A DNA stretch of 46,398 nucleotides from positions 13,298,224 through 13,344,621 of the forward strand of contig NC_057754.1 in the NCBI RefSeq assembly GCF_004010195.1, given 5' to 3'. Shown in pieces: positions 12,060-25,581 of this stretch (positions are counted from its first letter, which is position 1; every line of letters starts with the position of its first letter). This DNA comes from Chiloscyllium plagiosum. Taxonomy: Eukaryota. The notes under the pieces are model-generated. The model made no database searches. It was not told where the DNA came from and worked only from the letters and a program-made list of their open reading frames with translations. A program made the position numbers and the translations under genes.

Positions 12060-12790
12060 CAGCTCCTCCCAATTGACACGTCCTAGCTCTGCCTGATACT
12101 GACGTAATTTGTCTTCCGCCAATTCAGTAGATTCCCACAAGGTCCTGACATATCCGTGTTCATAGCTATCTTAAATCTGAAGGAACTGTGACCACTGTTT
12201 TTAAAATTATGTCCCACTGAAAGGTCAGTCACCTGGCCAGGCTCATTAGCCAATACGAGGTCCAGAATGGTTCTTCCTCTCGTTGGACTATCCATAAACT
12301 GCTGCAGTTAACAAATTCTACCCCGTCTAAGCCCTTTGCTCTCATGGACTTCCAGTCATTATTGGGGATATTAAAGACACTCACTATGACCACTCTTTTT
12401 TTTAAATACACCTTTCCTTAATCGACATACATATCTGTTCCTCAATCCCTCCGTGGCTGTTGGAGAGATTATAGTAACGCAGTGCTTGCATCCATCTTAT
12501 TTTTGAGCTTGACCCATATTGCTGCACTGGATGGTCCCTCCTCTATGTCCTGTTCACGTGCAGATGTAGCATTCTCCCTGATCAGTAAAATAACTCGTCC
12601 ACATCTTTTAGCTTCTTCTCTATCTCGCCTAAACCAATTAAACCCTGGATACTTTGAACTGCCAGTCCTTTCCCTCTCTCAACCAAGTCTCTGTAAAGCC
12701 GCAACATCATCGACCCATGTATGGATTCAGGCTCCCAGTTCATCGTCCTTACCCATATTCTTGCATTGAAATAAATACACTTTAGCCAAA
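12060..12790 (-). mobile_element. CR1-type LINE endonuclease remnant
   Basis: ORF MDSPTRGRTILDLVLANEPGQVTDLSVGHNFKNSGHSSFRFKI matches the APE C-terminal PTR...LDL...SDH motif. Confidence 0.85.
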
Positions 12791-13361
12791 CTCCATCAGA
12801 TCCTGACCTGATATTTGGTTTGAGTTTCCCTGAGGTACATTCTCCTCGTCTATTCTCTGGTAACAGGAGATTACAAAGGACTGTCAGTAAAGCGGAAAAT
12901 ATTGTAAACAGACAATTTCAGTTTCCTCCCTTGTCCCTTTAATCTGAACATTGCATCCCACACTGTCCAATTCCAATCAACTGCTGGGTAATTATTTTGC
13001 TTCAAACAATCGTCTCCAGCCTCTCGCTGCACATTCTTCAACTCGCTCTGGACCCATTGGATTGACAGTTTTCTGATCCCTCTCTCAACCAAATCTCTAA
13101 TATTTGTATCATAGTTATATATACTTAACTGTCTTGCCTGTCACACTGCTCACATTAAAATCAGCATACATCAGACTGCCAGTCCCATTGTGTTCACTCC
13201 CCTCTGCCAGTTTGTTGCCGGTCTTAGTTGTACTGGGATTAGTCTCCAACTGCTCTTCAGTCACTGTGCTTGTGGACGTACTGCTCTGGCTCCACCCTCC
13301 CTCCCCCACCGCCACATTAGTTTTATCCCTCTTGAGTGACAATAGCAAACCTGCCTGCCAG

Positions 13362-13522
13362 GAGATTGCTGCCAGTTCACGTCCATCCCGTCCTTCTTGT
13401 GTATTTCATACTGACCCAGGATTCCCAATGACCCACATATCTGAGATTGCTGCCAGTTCAGCTGCATCCCGTACTTCTTGTGTTTATCCTACCGACCCGG
13501 GAATCGCAATGATCCATATATT
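13362..13522. repeat. Diverged tandem duplication, 2 x 81 bp
   Basis: gagattgctgccagttca... at 13362 and 13443; seen in the ORF track as EIAASS.....SCV..TDPG..M.HI twice. Confidence 0.8.
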
Positions 13523-14359
13523 GGAAGTGCTGCCTATCATACCAGCTCTTTGGCCATGTTTTTTTTTTAACTATATTGCATTCCTATTCCTAACCTCACT
13601 GGCACGTGGCATAATCTAGTCTCCCCAACATTCAAATATGCTTTCAGAACAACTCCAGCAAGACCTTTACTTTAAAATGGATAGAATTGACAATAAAAAC
13701 TTAAGTGTGATCTCATTAACTAGGAAAGTGGAGCCCAACGAATCAGTCGCAATGACCATAGGATCTGATATCTGTCACCTCCACCAAACCTATGTGACAA
13801 AATATACTTATGGAGCATCTATTTGTACATGGACGAGGATAAACGGAAATTAGTCCAAAAGACCTGAAAATGTCACAACAGATGGGTGCCAGTCAGCCTG
13901 TTTACTCTGCTTTGCTGTTCAATTGGATTTTAGCTATTCTGTTCCTTTTAATAGCTGGGTCTTTACCCCGGATCCCCAGCGCGTCAGAAAGTGCCCAGTG
14001 TCTTTGTGCGCTCACTGCTTAGGGAGCATCCAGTGCCAGGCAATGGGGTGTGGGGAATCCCGGTGTGTCTCGATGAAAGGTTGCATGCAGTGACGGACGG
14101 ACTCAGGGATTGAGAGAGACAGAGTAGGTAATCAGGGACATGCACTCACATAAGTAGCTGGGCAAGATTCCCAAGCACTCCGGAAGCCTGAGGACCAGAG
14201 CTACTTTTACAATAAACCCGTCATTTTGCAGCAATTCTCCATCAAACACAAGCAAATATACTGTAGATGGCAGAAATCTGAAACAAACACAGAAACGTGC
14301 TGTGGAGAGAGAAAAGAGGAAATTCTCCCAATGCAGAGATGGCAAAATCTCCAGAAAGA

Positions 14360-14432
14360 CAGGGTCCAGAGATTGGAATTGAACCCGAGTCCCTGGCACT
14401 GTGAGGCAGCAGTGTTTTGTCACCACGCTATC
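14360..14432 (-). mobile_element. tRNA-like SINE head (HE1-like)
   Basis: Minus strand cactgctgcctcacagtgccagggactcgggttcaattcca, containing a B-box. Confidence 0.6.
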
Positions 14433-14589
14433 TAATGATGGACAACAGGATTAGGACAGTTGCATGAGTATATTTTCGACAGTGAGTTAACAGGAATGCT
14501 CTCACGCAGCCTGTCTAAGATTGGGAAGCCTTTATACAGCAGCAGAGGACAATTCAAGAAGCAATAAAATGATGAACACGACACATGTA

Positions 14590-15240
14590 AGCTCGCTTGC
14601 TTTAGAAAAAGAGATTGCAGGAGTTTTTTAAAGATATATAAAAGGGGAGAGTGAACATTGGATAACCAGAAATTGAGGCTGGCTGCAGAGAATTTGAAAA
14701 CAAAGAATTGGAGAATGACCTAAATAGGTACTTTCCGTCAACCCTCACAATGGTAGATACTATGAACATTCCAGAACTTCAAGTGAGTCAAGGGTGAGGA
14801 ATGGATGTAGTGATCAGTGCTGAGGAGAAGGTACTAGGGAAGCTGCAATGTTTGAAAATGGATAAATCACACAGACTGGAAGGATAACAACCAATGTTCT
14901 GAAGTAATTAGCGGAGGAGATTGTGAAAACATTGGTCGCGACTGTTCAGGAATAACTATCATCAAACAAAGTCCCAGAGACCTGGAAAATGGACAATTTA
15001 AAATCTCTGTGTAAGAAGGAAGAAAGGCAAAATACAGGAAATCATAGGGCAGTAGAGCCTGGCATCGGCCGTTATTAGGGATTTAGAGTGCACTGCTTGC
15101 AATGAGATTGCAGAGTACCTGGAGGTGCATGGTAAAATAGGGCCGAGTCAGCATGGCTTCATCAAGGAATGGTCCCACTGACAAGTCTGTCAGAATTCTT
15201 TCAGAAGATAATGAGCAGATTTGACAAAGGGAGGATGTGA
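14590..15240 (+). mobile_element. CR1-type LINE ORF2 remnant (pre-RT to RT start)
   Basis: Motifs VPETWK, GNHR(P), SQHGFIKE; homologous to 18620-19260. Confidence 0.8.
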
Positions 15241-15379
15241 TCTGATTTGCTAATAGGGAGTGTGTTAAATTTGAATCTGTGTTAAATTGAATCATGTTAA
15301 TTTATTGGTTGTAACTTGCATAAGCAGATGTACAAAAACAACTAAAAGTTATAAAGGAACGATTCAATAGTAGTTAAAT

Positions 15380-16218
15380 AAAGTAAGGATGGAGGGTCGG
15401 GTGATGTGTTGTTTCTACATGATGTGGGAGTGGTGGAGCCCACTGTGGTTCCCAGTGACCATGTCTGGAATAAATGTTGCATGCTAGAAGAACTCTGTCT
15501 CAGAGTCGATTAACTGGAGTTTGAGTTTCAAACATTGCGAGGCATCAGGGAGAGGGAGAGTTCCCTGGATGCTGTAATTCAAGAGACAGTTACAATCTTT
15601 AGATCAACTGACTCAAAGTCAGCCAGTGGTTAGAAAGCGGAGGGTTTGGCTATGAGTGAGGCAGGTAGAGGGATTCAGGAGGTAGAGTTGCAGGAGCCTC
15701 AGCACCTGTCCATGTCTAACAGGTTCGAGAATCTTATTCCCTGTGTGGATGAGAATGGAGGCTGCAGGAAGGGTGAGCTGATTGCCTTCAGCACCGAGTT
15801 AAGGGAAACTTTCAAGCGGGACAAGAGAAGAGAAATATTATGGTAATTGGGGATAGTATAGTAAGACACTGTTCTCTGTGATCGCGATTGTGAGTCCTGA
15901 AAGCTGCGTCACCTACTGGTGTTTGGGTAAGGGATACCTCATCTGGGCTGCAGAGGAACTTGGAGTGGGAGGGTAACGATCCATTGGTCGTGGTCTGTGT
16001 AGGTACCAACGACAGAGATAAAACTAGAGCAGAGGGTCTGTTAAGGGATACGAAGATCTCAGAGCTAAATTAGAAAACAGAAACAAAAAGGAAATAATCT
16101 CTGGATTACGGCCTGAACCATGAGCTAATTAGCACAGGGTCAGCAGGAAAATGCGTGGCTCAAAGTTTGGTGCGGGAGAAATGGGTTTGTATCATGGGAC
16201 ATTGACACCAGTACTGGC
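15380..16218 (+). mobile_element. CR1 ORF1 remnant (zinc-finger-like plus SGNH esterase-like)
   Basis: Translates to VIGDSIVR, SNRFENL and LQRNLEWEGNDPLVVVCVGTND, the GDS/GTND esterase motifs of CR1 ORF1. Confidence 0.75.
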
Positions 16219-16904
16219 NNNNNNNNNNNNNNNNNNNNNNNNNNNNNNNNNNNNNNNNNNNNNNNNNNNNNNNNNNNNNNNNNNNNNNNNNNNNNNNNNN
16301 NNNNNNNNNNNNNNNNNNNNNNNNNNNNNNNNNNNNNNNNNNNNNNNNNNNNNNNNNNNNNNNNNNNNNNNNNNNNNNNNNNNNNNNNNNNNNNNNNNNN
16401 NNNNNNNNNNNNNNNNNNNNNNNNNNNNNNNNNNNNNNNNNNNNNNNNNNNNNNNNNNNNNNNNNNNNNNNNNNNNNNNNNNNNNNNNNNNNNNNNNNNN
16501 NNNNNNNNNNNNNNNNNNNNNNNNNNNNNNNNNNNNNNNNNNNNNNNNNNNNNNNNNNNNNNNNNNNNNNNNNNNNNNNNNNNNNNNNNNNNNNNNNNNN
16601 NNNNNNNNNNNNNNNNNNNNNNNNNNNNNNNNNNNNNNNNNNNNNNNNNNNNNNNNNNNNNNNNNNNNNNNNNNNNNNNNNNNNNNNNNNNNNNNNNNNN
16701 NNNNNNNNNNNNNNNNNNNNNNNNNNNNNNNNNNNNNNNNNNNNNNNNNNNNNNNNNNNNNNNNNNNNNNNNNNNNNNNNNNNNNNNNNNNNNNNNNNNN
16801 NNNNGCAGACTGGATTTTAAGCTAAGTGAGTGTGGGGTGGTGTCAGTTATAGAGAAAATTAGAAAACCCGAATTAAAGGAGGGGGTAAGACTGCAGAACT
16901 CAAG

Positions 16905-17540
16905 AAGAAGGCGTTTGGTATGCTTTCCTTTATTGGTCAGAGTACAGAGTACAGGAGTTAGGAGGTCATGTTGCAGCTGTACAGGACATTGGTTAGGCCA
17001 CTGTCAGAATATTGCATGCAATTCTGGCCTCCTTCCAATTGGAAAGATGTTGCGAAACTTGAAAGTGTTCAGAAAAGATTTACAAGGATGTTGCCCAGGG
17101 TTGGAGAATTTGAGCTCCAGGGAAAGGCTGAACAGGCTGGGGCTGTTTTCCCTGGAGCGTCGGAGGCTGAGGGGTGAACTGAAAGATGTTTACTAAATTA
17201 TGAGGGGAATGGATAGGGTAAATAGGCAACGTCTTTTCCCTGGGGTCGGGGAGTCCAGAACTAGAGAGCACAGGTTTTGGGTGAGAGGGTAAAGGTATAA
17301 AAGAGACCTGAGGGACAACGTTTTCACGCAGAAGGTGGTACATATATGGAGTGAGCTGCCAGAGGAAATGGTGGAGGCATTTAAGAGGTATTTGGATGGG
17401 TATATGAATAAGAAGGGTTTGGAGGGATATGGGCCGGGTGCTGGCAGGTGGGACTAGATTGGGTTGGGATAGCTGATCGGCATGGACGGGTTTGACCGAA
17501 GGTTCTGATTCCATGCTATACATCTCTATGATTCTATGAC
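16905..17540 (+). mobile_element. Relatively well preserved 5'-truncated CR1/HER1-type LINE 3' end
   Basis: ORF MLQLYRTLVRPLSEYCMQFWPP...LESVQKRFTRMLP, then ERLNRLGLFSLERRRLRG; ends with ctatgattctatgac tail. Confidence 0.92.
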
Positions 17541-17659
17541 TCCAAGTTATTTAAATCTCCAGCACAGACGCAGCACCATACACAGGGAATATGGAAAGTG
17601 TGAGCAATCAAACTTCAAATACACAGGACAAACAAATGACAATGAGAAGAGGAATAGCT

Positions 17660-20455
17660 AATACAGGGCTGAACTGTTATATCGGAATGCATGCAGTATA
17701 ACGAATAAAGTAAAAATGCTTGTGACTCATACACAAATTGGCAGGTCGCCATCACGGAGACGTCACTGCAAGAGGATCAGAATTGGCAGCTGAATATTCA
17801 AGGATATTATCAAAAGATAGGCAGTTGGATAGAAGGGAGGAGGCTGTCTTATTAGAAAGAAATGAAATTAAATCAATAAGAAGAAATGAAGTAAGGTCAA
17901 GTGGTGTGGAATCTGTATCAGTAGACTTGAGGAATCAAAAAGGTTAAAAAAAATGTAGTTGGAGCTCTGTTCAGGCCTCCAAACAGTCGTCAGGAGTTGA
18001 GGTGCAAGATATAACAGGAGCTAGAAAGAAGTGTAGGAAAGACAAAGTTACAGTGATCATGTGGGATTACATTACGGAGGTGGGCTGGGAATTCAGGTTG
18101 GTAGTGGTTTGCAGGAGAAGAAATTTGTGGAATGTCGATGAGTTGGTTTTTTGGAGCAGCTTGCGCAGGCATTTTAGATAAGGGAGCTTAAGGAGAAGGA
18201 AATCATAGGAGGCAATGATCATAATATGATTGAATTTACTCTGCAATTTCAGATGGCATAGTTAGAATCAGAGGTAACGGTATTAGAGCTGAATAAAGGC
18301 AATTACAGAGGCATGAGAGAGGAGCTGGGTAGAATTGACTAGTAGAAGGGCCCAACAAGAAAGACAGTGGAGCAGCAATGGCAGGAGATTTATGGAGTAA
18401 TTCAGGATGCAACAGAGATTTACCCCGAGTAAAAAGAGGCATGATACATGGAGAATGAGGTAACCGCGACTCACGAAGGAAGTCAGGTATAGCATTAAAG
18501 CAAAAGAGAAAGGACATAATGGGGGAAAGTACAATGGGAAACCAGAGTTTTGGGAAACTTACAAAGACAAAACAGAAGGCAAACAAAATAAAATAAGGAG
18601 GGAGATTACTAAATATCGGTGTAAGCTAGCCAGTAATGTAAAGGAAGAAATGTAAGAGTTTCTTTCGATATATAAAGTACAAAAGAGAGTCAAAATATGG
18701 CATTGGATTGCTGGAAAATGACACTGGAGAGATAGCAGTGGGGACAAAGAAAATGGCCGAGGAATTGGATAATTACTGTGCATAAGTTTCATTGTGGAAG
18801 ACACGAATAATATCTCAAACATTCAGGAGAGTGAGTGGCTAGAGCTGAGTATGGTGACCACCACCATGGAGAACATGCTAGGAAAAAGCTGAATGGCTTA
18901 AAGTTGGTTAAATAACCTGAACCAGATGGATTAAATGCCTTTGTTATAAGGGGGATAGCTGAATAGTTAGTTGAGGTGATGGTGGTGATTTTTCAGGAAT
19001 TACTCGAGAAAGGAACAATCCTAGAACATTGGAAACCCCCTAATGTGACATCTGTTTTTGCCCAGGGAGTAAGGAAGAAAAGACAAAAACAAATGCTTAA
19101 CCTTTGTCGTGGGTAAGATCCTGGGATCCCTTGTGAAGGATGAGATTTCTGAATACTTGGAAGCATTTGGCAAAATAGGGCAAAGTTAGCATGGTTCCAT
19201 CAAGGGAAGGTCATGCCTGACAAATTTGATGGAAATCTTTGAAGAAAAAGTGAGCAGGCTCGATCAAGTAGAGCCAATGGATGTTATCCATCTGGACATC
19301 AAGAAGGCCTTTGGCAAGGTGTCACATAGGAGATTATTGATTATGATAAGGGTCCGTGGTGTTAGAGGCAAGGTAGAGGCGTGAATAGAAGCTTGCCTGT
19401 CTGACAGAAAGCAGAGAGTGGGGATAAAATGGTCCTTCTCATGATGGCAGCAGGTGACAAGTGGTGGTCAGCAAGGCACAGTATTGGTGCCATAACGTTT
19501 TACCTTATACGTTAACAACCTAGATGATGTAACTGACGGCACTCTGGCTAAGTTTGCAGACGAAACTAAGATACGTAGAGTGCCAGGTCGGAGAGAGGAG
19601 GCATAGAGGCTGAAGAAGGAATTGGCCAGGTGAAGGGGTTGGCAGATGCATTCCAACGTCTGAATTTGTGAGGTCATGCTCTTTGGCATGAAGAATAGAG
19701 GCATGGTCTATTTCCTAAATGGGGAGAAAATTCAGAAATCTGAGTGCAAAGGGACTTGGGAGGTCAAGTGCAGGGTTCTCTTAAGATAAGCTTGCAGGCT
19801 GAGATAATAGTTAGGAGGGCAATTGCAGTCATTATTGATGGCATTTATTACGAGAGAAATTGAATATAAGAACAGGCTGTATACAGCTTTGGTCAGACTA
19901 CATTTGGAGTGTTGCGCGTACTATTGAGCTTCATATCTCAGGAAGGATGTACTATCCCTGAAGCATGTTCAGAAGATTTTCACGGGAATAATCATAAGAG
20001 TGAAAAAGTTTATTGTATGAGGAATGTTTGAGTCTTTGGATCTATACTTGATAAAGTTTAGAAGGAAGAGAGGAAATGTAATTGAAACATACAGAATACT
20101 GAATGACCTAAACCGAGTGGATGTTCATAAGATGTTTCCATTGGTAGGAGAGACTAAGACGAAAGGACACAGCCTTAGCTTAAAGCGAACATATTTTAGA
20201 ACGTTGATAAGGAGACTTCTTTAACCAGCGAATGGTGAATCTTCGCAATTTATTGGCAGAGAAGGCTGTGGGGCCAGGTCATTGAATATATCTGAGACAG
20301 GGATAGTTTTTTTGATTATCCAGGGGATCAAGGATTACGGGCAGAAGGTCGGAGAATGGGTTTTAGAAACTTATCAGCGATGATTGAATGGTGGAGTAGA
20401 CTCAATAGGCAAACTTGCCTAATTCCTGCTCCTATGTCGTATAGTCGTATGGACT
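17660..20455 (+). mobile_element. Nearly complete but degenerate CR1-type LINE ORF2 (APE endonuclease + RT) with 3' UTR
   Basis: Starts near CYx NACSI, has a DHN endonuclease motif (gatcataat), HGSIKGRSCLTNL, LDIKKAFGKVSH and AKFADET; tail ctatgtcgtatagtcgtatg; many stops. Confidence 0.9.
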
Positions 20456-21979
20456 AAACCTTAAGGAGGCACCTTACTTCTCTGATGATATGGATTCATG
20501 CTCTTCATGAAGGTCAGAAGCTGGTGGAAGTAGTTGACTGTTATAGAATGAAGGTATTGTGGCTGCTGCCGGCGTGGTGGATAATATAACATTCAGTGCA
20601 AGATCACACACCAACTGCTCTGTATTAATGTGGGGAGAGTTTATTCAAAAGCTGGACCTTTCTATCTCTCTCAATCGCCGTAGGGAGTGGGGGTTTTGTG
20701 GGTAAGCGTAACGTCCGCAGAGGCACTTAAACTATCCAGCATCATGCATCCTGAGTGAAATACAGTCATGGAACTTATCACATTCTCATTGTATGTTTAG
20801 AATATAAGGAGTGATTGTCCATACCCCTCAAGGTTCAATGCAATCATCTCTTATTATCTCACAGCGTTAAAGATCAACCTTTATTCACTCCTCATGGTGC
20901 CATCATCCCAGGGATGAATCCGGTGGAACTCGTGTTCATTCTTTCTATGGTAAGGAGATCACTCCTAATAAAGGAGATAAAATCTGCACAATACCCCAAA
21001 CACAGCCTCAACAACGCTCTCAAAGTTGATCACAATAATTCCTTCCCTCGCTTAGCTGGCTCCATTTCCTTCATGTGACACAGGAAACCATTCATTTACA
21101 ATGCACTGCCACTGATGTGGAACTTAAAACATCCTTACATCTGTAGGTCAGCATCAATAAAGCCAGCACCAGAGGTGGCTATCGAGATAGACATCACTCT
21201 TGGGGAGAGACTCAATCACAAAGAATACATCTAAAATAGTTAATGGCCACCTACCTGAAAGGAATTCACCTGCAGGAATATGGGATACACGCAGAGGGAG
21301 GGAATTATCTTTCCTTTTGATCTGCCCTCACGGGATGTGTGCAGTCCTGGTCAGGCCAGCGTGTTATGCCGTCCTTGAACTGAGTGGCTGGTTCAGCTGT
21401 TCTACAGGACAGTAAAGAATAAAACACATTGCTGTAGGTTTGCAGTCACACGGAGAGTTGACCAGGGAAGAATGACCCATTGACTTCTTTAATGGGCATG
21501 AGGCAAGCCGATATCAACAGATTATTATTTTGTGGCTCTTGATTATGATTACACTGTCTTCCCATCTTTCCCATTTTTCCATATCTGTGCAGAGAACGTA
21601 AACATCTCAAGTGCAATTATTTTGCAATGGATACGTGGTAAAAAGGGACTTGGAACAGCTGTATGTGGAGATGAACAAAGGCACAAACGATGGTTTATCC
21701 AGGAGTTGTACTGAGGCTGAGGCGGAGACTGGGGTGTCACGATGGTGGCACTGGACAGGATTGTTGAGTGGAGAGGATATGGAAATGTAAACTTGAGCAG
21801 GACAAAATGAATCAAGGAGAACAGTCTTTTTAATCCTCGCATATTGGTGCGTAATTTGTAAATAATCATTTGCTAGTTATAATTTGTAAGGAATGGAATC
21901 TTTGATTGGAACTGAAAACACTGACTTGCACCTTTCCAAAGTTTACATATCATGACCATCAATTCAGTTCAGACCGTTT

Positions 21980-23745
21980 CACTAACCAATCTACCAACTG
22001 CAGATGCATATGTCCACGACAGCATCAGTAAAACTGACCACCGCACTGTCGTTGAGGAGACAAAGCCTCACGGTCACATTGAGAATAAAATAAGTTGTGT
22101 TGTGTGGCACTATCACCATGCTAAATGGCACATACCTCAAACAGATCTCGCAACTTAAGACTGAGCATTCATAAGATGCTGTGGTCCATCAATATCAGAA
22201 CAATACTCCAGCACAATCTGTAATGTCATGACACAGCATATAAACTACTCGATCATTACCATCAAGCCAGCGGATTGACCCTAGTCCAATAGAGAGTGAA
22301 ACAATGGGGAAAAAAACTGCTCAAGTATTTTCTGTACATAAAACGCAGGACAAATTCAACCCAGCCAAATACCACCAAATCACCCTACTCCCCATCATCA
22401 ATAAAGTGATGGAAGGGTTCATCAATAGTGCTATCAAGCAGCACCAGCTCAGCAATAACCTGCTCAATGACGCCCAGTTTGGATTATACCAGGGCCACTC
22501 AGCTCCTGACCTCATCACAGCTTTTGTTCAAACAGAGACAAAGGAACTGAATTCCAGCACTTGAAAATCAAGGCTGCATTCTATCAAATGCGGCATCAAG
22601 GAACCCAAGCCAAAAGGACATTGTGAGTAATTGCTTCATAATTGGAGTTATACCTGACAGATAGGAAAACGGTCATCGTTGTTGGAGGTCAGTCATCTCA
22701 CTTCCAGAATATCTCTGCAGTAGTCCATCAAGATAATGTTGACGTAGGTTTGCTCCATGAACTGGAATGATCATTTCCAGACGTTTCTTCACCACACTAG
22801 GTAACATCTTCAGTTGCGCTCTGGATGAAACCTCGATCCAAACATCTTCTGTTGCTTCATCAATGGTCTTCTCTCCATCATAAGGTCAGAACGGGGATGA
22901 CTGCAAAATATTCAGCACCATTCGCAAGTGCTCAGGTACGGAAGCAGTCCGTGCCAAAATGCAACAAGGTCTGGACAATATCCAGGCTTGGGCTAATAAG
23001 TGACAAGTAACACTCGCACCACACAAATTCCAGACACTGAAAATCACCAATAAGAAACAATATAACCACTTGGTATTCAGCAGCATATTTGTCACTAAAT
23101 TCCCCTCCCCACCACCCTATCAATACACTTGGGGTTACTATTGACCAGAAACTCAACTGGACTCGCCACATAAATATAAGATCAGATCAAAGGCTAGGAA
23201 TACTGCGCGAGTAACTCACCTCCTGTCTTCCCAAAGCATGTTCACCATTTACAAGGCACAAGTCAGCAGTTAGATGAAATACTCCCCAATTGCCTGAATG
23301 AGTGCAGCCACAACGACACTAAAGATGCTTGACACCATCCAGGACAAAACAGCCCAATTGATTGGCACCATATCCACAAGCATTCACTCCATTGACCACC
23401 AACGTTCAGTAGCAGAAATGTGTACTATCTACAAGACAGCACCTTCCAATCCTACGACCACTTCCGTCTTGAATAACAAGGGCAGCAGGCTTTTGCGAAC
23501 ACCACCACCTTCAAACTCCCCTCCAAACCAGTCAACATCCTGAGTTGAAAATATATCACCATTCTTTCCCTGTTACTGGGTCAAAACCCTAGAATTCCCT
23601 CCCTCGTAGCATTATGGATCAATGCACAGCAGGTGGACTGCAGCGGTATAAGAAGGCAACTCAGCACCACCTTCTCAAGGGGGCAACTAGGGACGGACAA
23701 GAAATGATGGGCCCATCCAGCGATTCCCATAACCAAAAAATAAGT
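21980..23745 (+). mobile_element. 5'-truncated, internally deleted CR1-group APE/RT LINE (copy A)
   Basis: ORF ...NPAKYHQITLLPIINKVMEGFINSAIKQHQLSNNLLNDAQFGLYQGHSAPDLITAFVQT...; paralogous to 39850-41700. Confidence 0.9.
22740..22830 (-). mobile_element. About 90-bp Penelope-like terminal fragment with hammerhead-like motif, nested in the LINE RT
   Basis: Interrupts VHQDNV|LDPNIFCCFIN (a degenerate VPQGSVLGP motif); similar to 35965-36055; minus strand ctgaaga-tgttacc...ggtgaa-gaaacgtc. Confidence 0.7.
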
Positions 23746-24199
23746 TTACAAAGTTCCAAGTTGAACACCTCGATGTGACAGGTTGTCTAATTTGAACATG
23801 AACAGGAAAGCAGTGTTTCTGATACTGGACATTTGAGACCTTTCTGTTATTAGATGTGTGTTCAGTGTTCAATGACATATTGTTGCTGTGTGCTGTGATA
23901 AATTGCACCTGTTTTGTTAAATTCAACAACACTAGCGTAACAGGATCGATCCTTCAAAAACACCAAACTGAAACTGACAATTATCGTAGAGACAATGTAC
24001 TCCCGCCAGATGAGACTCACAGATAGCAGCTTATATTCAACATATTACTGCACTACTGACTGGCACTGATTTCTCCCACCGTCCGTATTACAGGGGTTAC
24101 CATTGACCAGCAGATGAAGTCAAATCAACGTACAGATACAAGGGTAACAATAGCAGGTCTGAGACTTTCAACTCTGCACTGAATAATCGACTGTATGAC

Positions 24200-24786
24200 C
24201 ATAAGGGCATGAGATATAGCAATAGATTTAGGCTATTCAGGCTATCCCTTCAGTCTGAAACTGCGCCATTTTGTTTTAGTCGCTAAGACAAGTGGAAATA
24301 TCTTCTATACTCTAACTGTATCAATCTTTGCAGTAGTCGGTCAGTTTCAATCAGATGCGCCCCCCGCCCCATTCTTCTAAATTCCATTGAGTACAGACAC
24401 AGAGTCCTCAACTGCCGATCATATGACAAGCCATCATTCCCAGGATAAATCATGTTCAACACCCGTCGATCCTTCCCCAGAACAACTCACAATAATCCAA
24501 ATGCCATCTGACCATAGTCCATTACATTCTGATCAGTATGTCTCCGCTTTTGTATTCTCACTCTCTTGAAATGAATGCTAACATTGCATTTGCTTTCCTA
24601 ACTGCCAACTGAACCTGTGTATTAACGGTAAGAGAGGGCGAGGACTCCAAACTGCTTTTGTGCTTCAGATTTCATGAAGCCTTTTAGAACATAGTGTCTG
24701 CCTGTATTCCGCCTACTGAAGTGCATAATCTCACATGTTTCCATATTGTGTTCCATCAGCCATGTGTTTTCCCAGTGTCCTAAACT
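24200..24786 (-). mobile_element. Degenerate CR1-type LINE 3' part
   Basis: Minus ORF SLGHWENTWLMEHNMETCEIMHFSRRN; paralog at 42270-42870. Confidence 0.75.
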
Positions 24787-25581
24787 NNNNNNNNNNNNNN
24801 NNNNNNNNNNNNNNNNNNNNNNNNNNNNNNNNNNNNNNNNNNNNNNNNNNNNNNNNNNNNNNNNNNNNNNNNNNNNNNNNNNNNNNNNNNNNNNNNNNNN
24901 NNNNNNNNNNNNNNNNNNNNNNNNNNNNNNNNNNNNNNNNNNNNNNNNNNNNNNNNNNNNNNNNNNNNNNNNNNNNNNNNNNNNNNNNNNNNNNNNNNNN
25001 NNNNNNNNNNNNNNNNNNNNNNNNNNNNNNNNNNNNNNNNNNNNNNNNNNNNNNNNNNNNNNNNNNNNNNNNNNNNNNNNNNNNNNNNNNNNNNNNNNNN
25101 NNNNNNNNNNNNNNNNNNNNNNNNNNNNNNNNNNNNNNNNNNNNNNNNNNNNNNNNNNNNNNNNNNNNNNNNNNNNNNNNNNNNNNNNNNNNNNNNNNNN
25201 NNNNNNNNNNNNNNNNNNNNNNNNNNNNNNNNNNNNNNNNNNNNNNNNNNNNNNNNNNNNNNNNNNNNNNNNNNNNNNNNNNNNNNNNNNNNNNNNNNNN
25301 NNNNNNNNNNNNNNNNNNNNNNNNNNNNNNNNNNNNNNNNNNNNNNNNNNNNNNNNNNNNNNNNNNNNNNNNNNNNNNNNNNNNNNNNNNNNNNNNNNNN
25401 NNNNNNNNNNNNNNNNNNNNNNNNNNNNNNNNNNNNNNNNNNNNNNNNNNNNNNNNNNNNNNNNNNNNNNNNNNNNNNNNNNNNNNNNNNNNNNNNNNNN
25501 NNNNNNNNNNNNNNNNNNNNNNNNNNNNNNNNNNNNNNNNNNNNNNNNNNNNNNNNNNNNNNNNNNNNNNNNNNNNNNNNN

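Noticed and set aside
13104..13619. 171-aa ORF as a host gene
   Set aside because: No recognisable domain; it overlaps decayed repeat-like sequence and an 81-bp tandem duplication.
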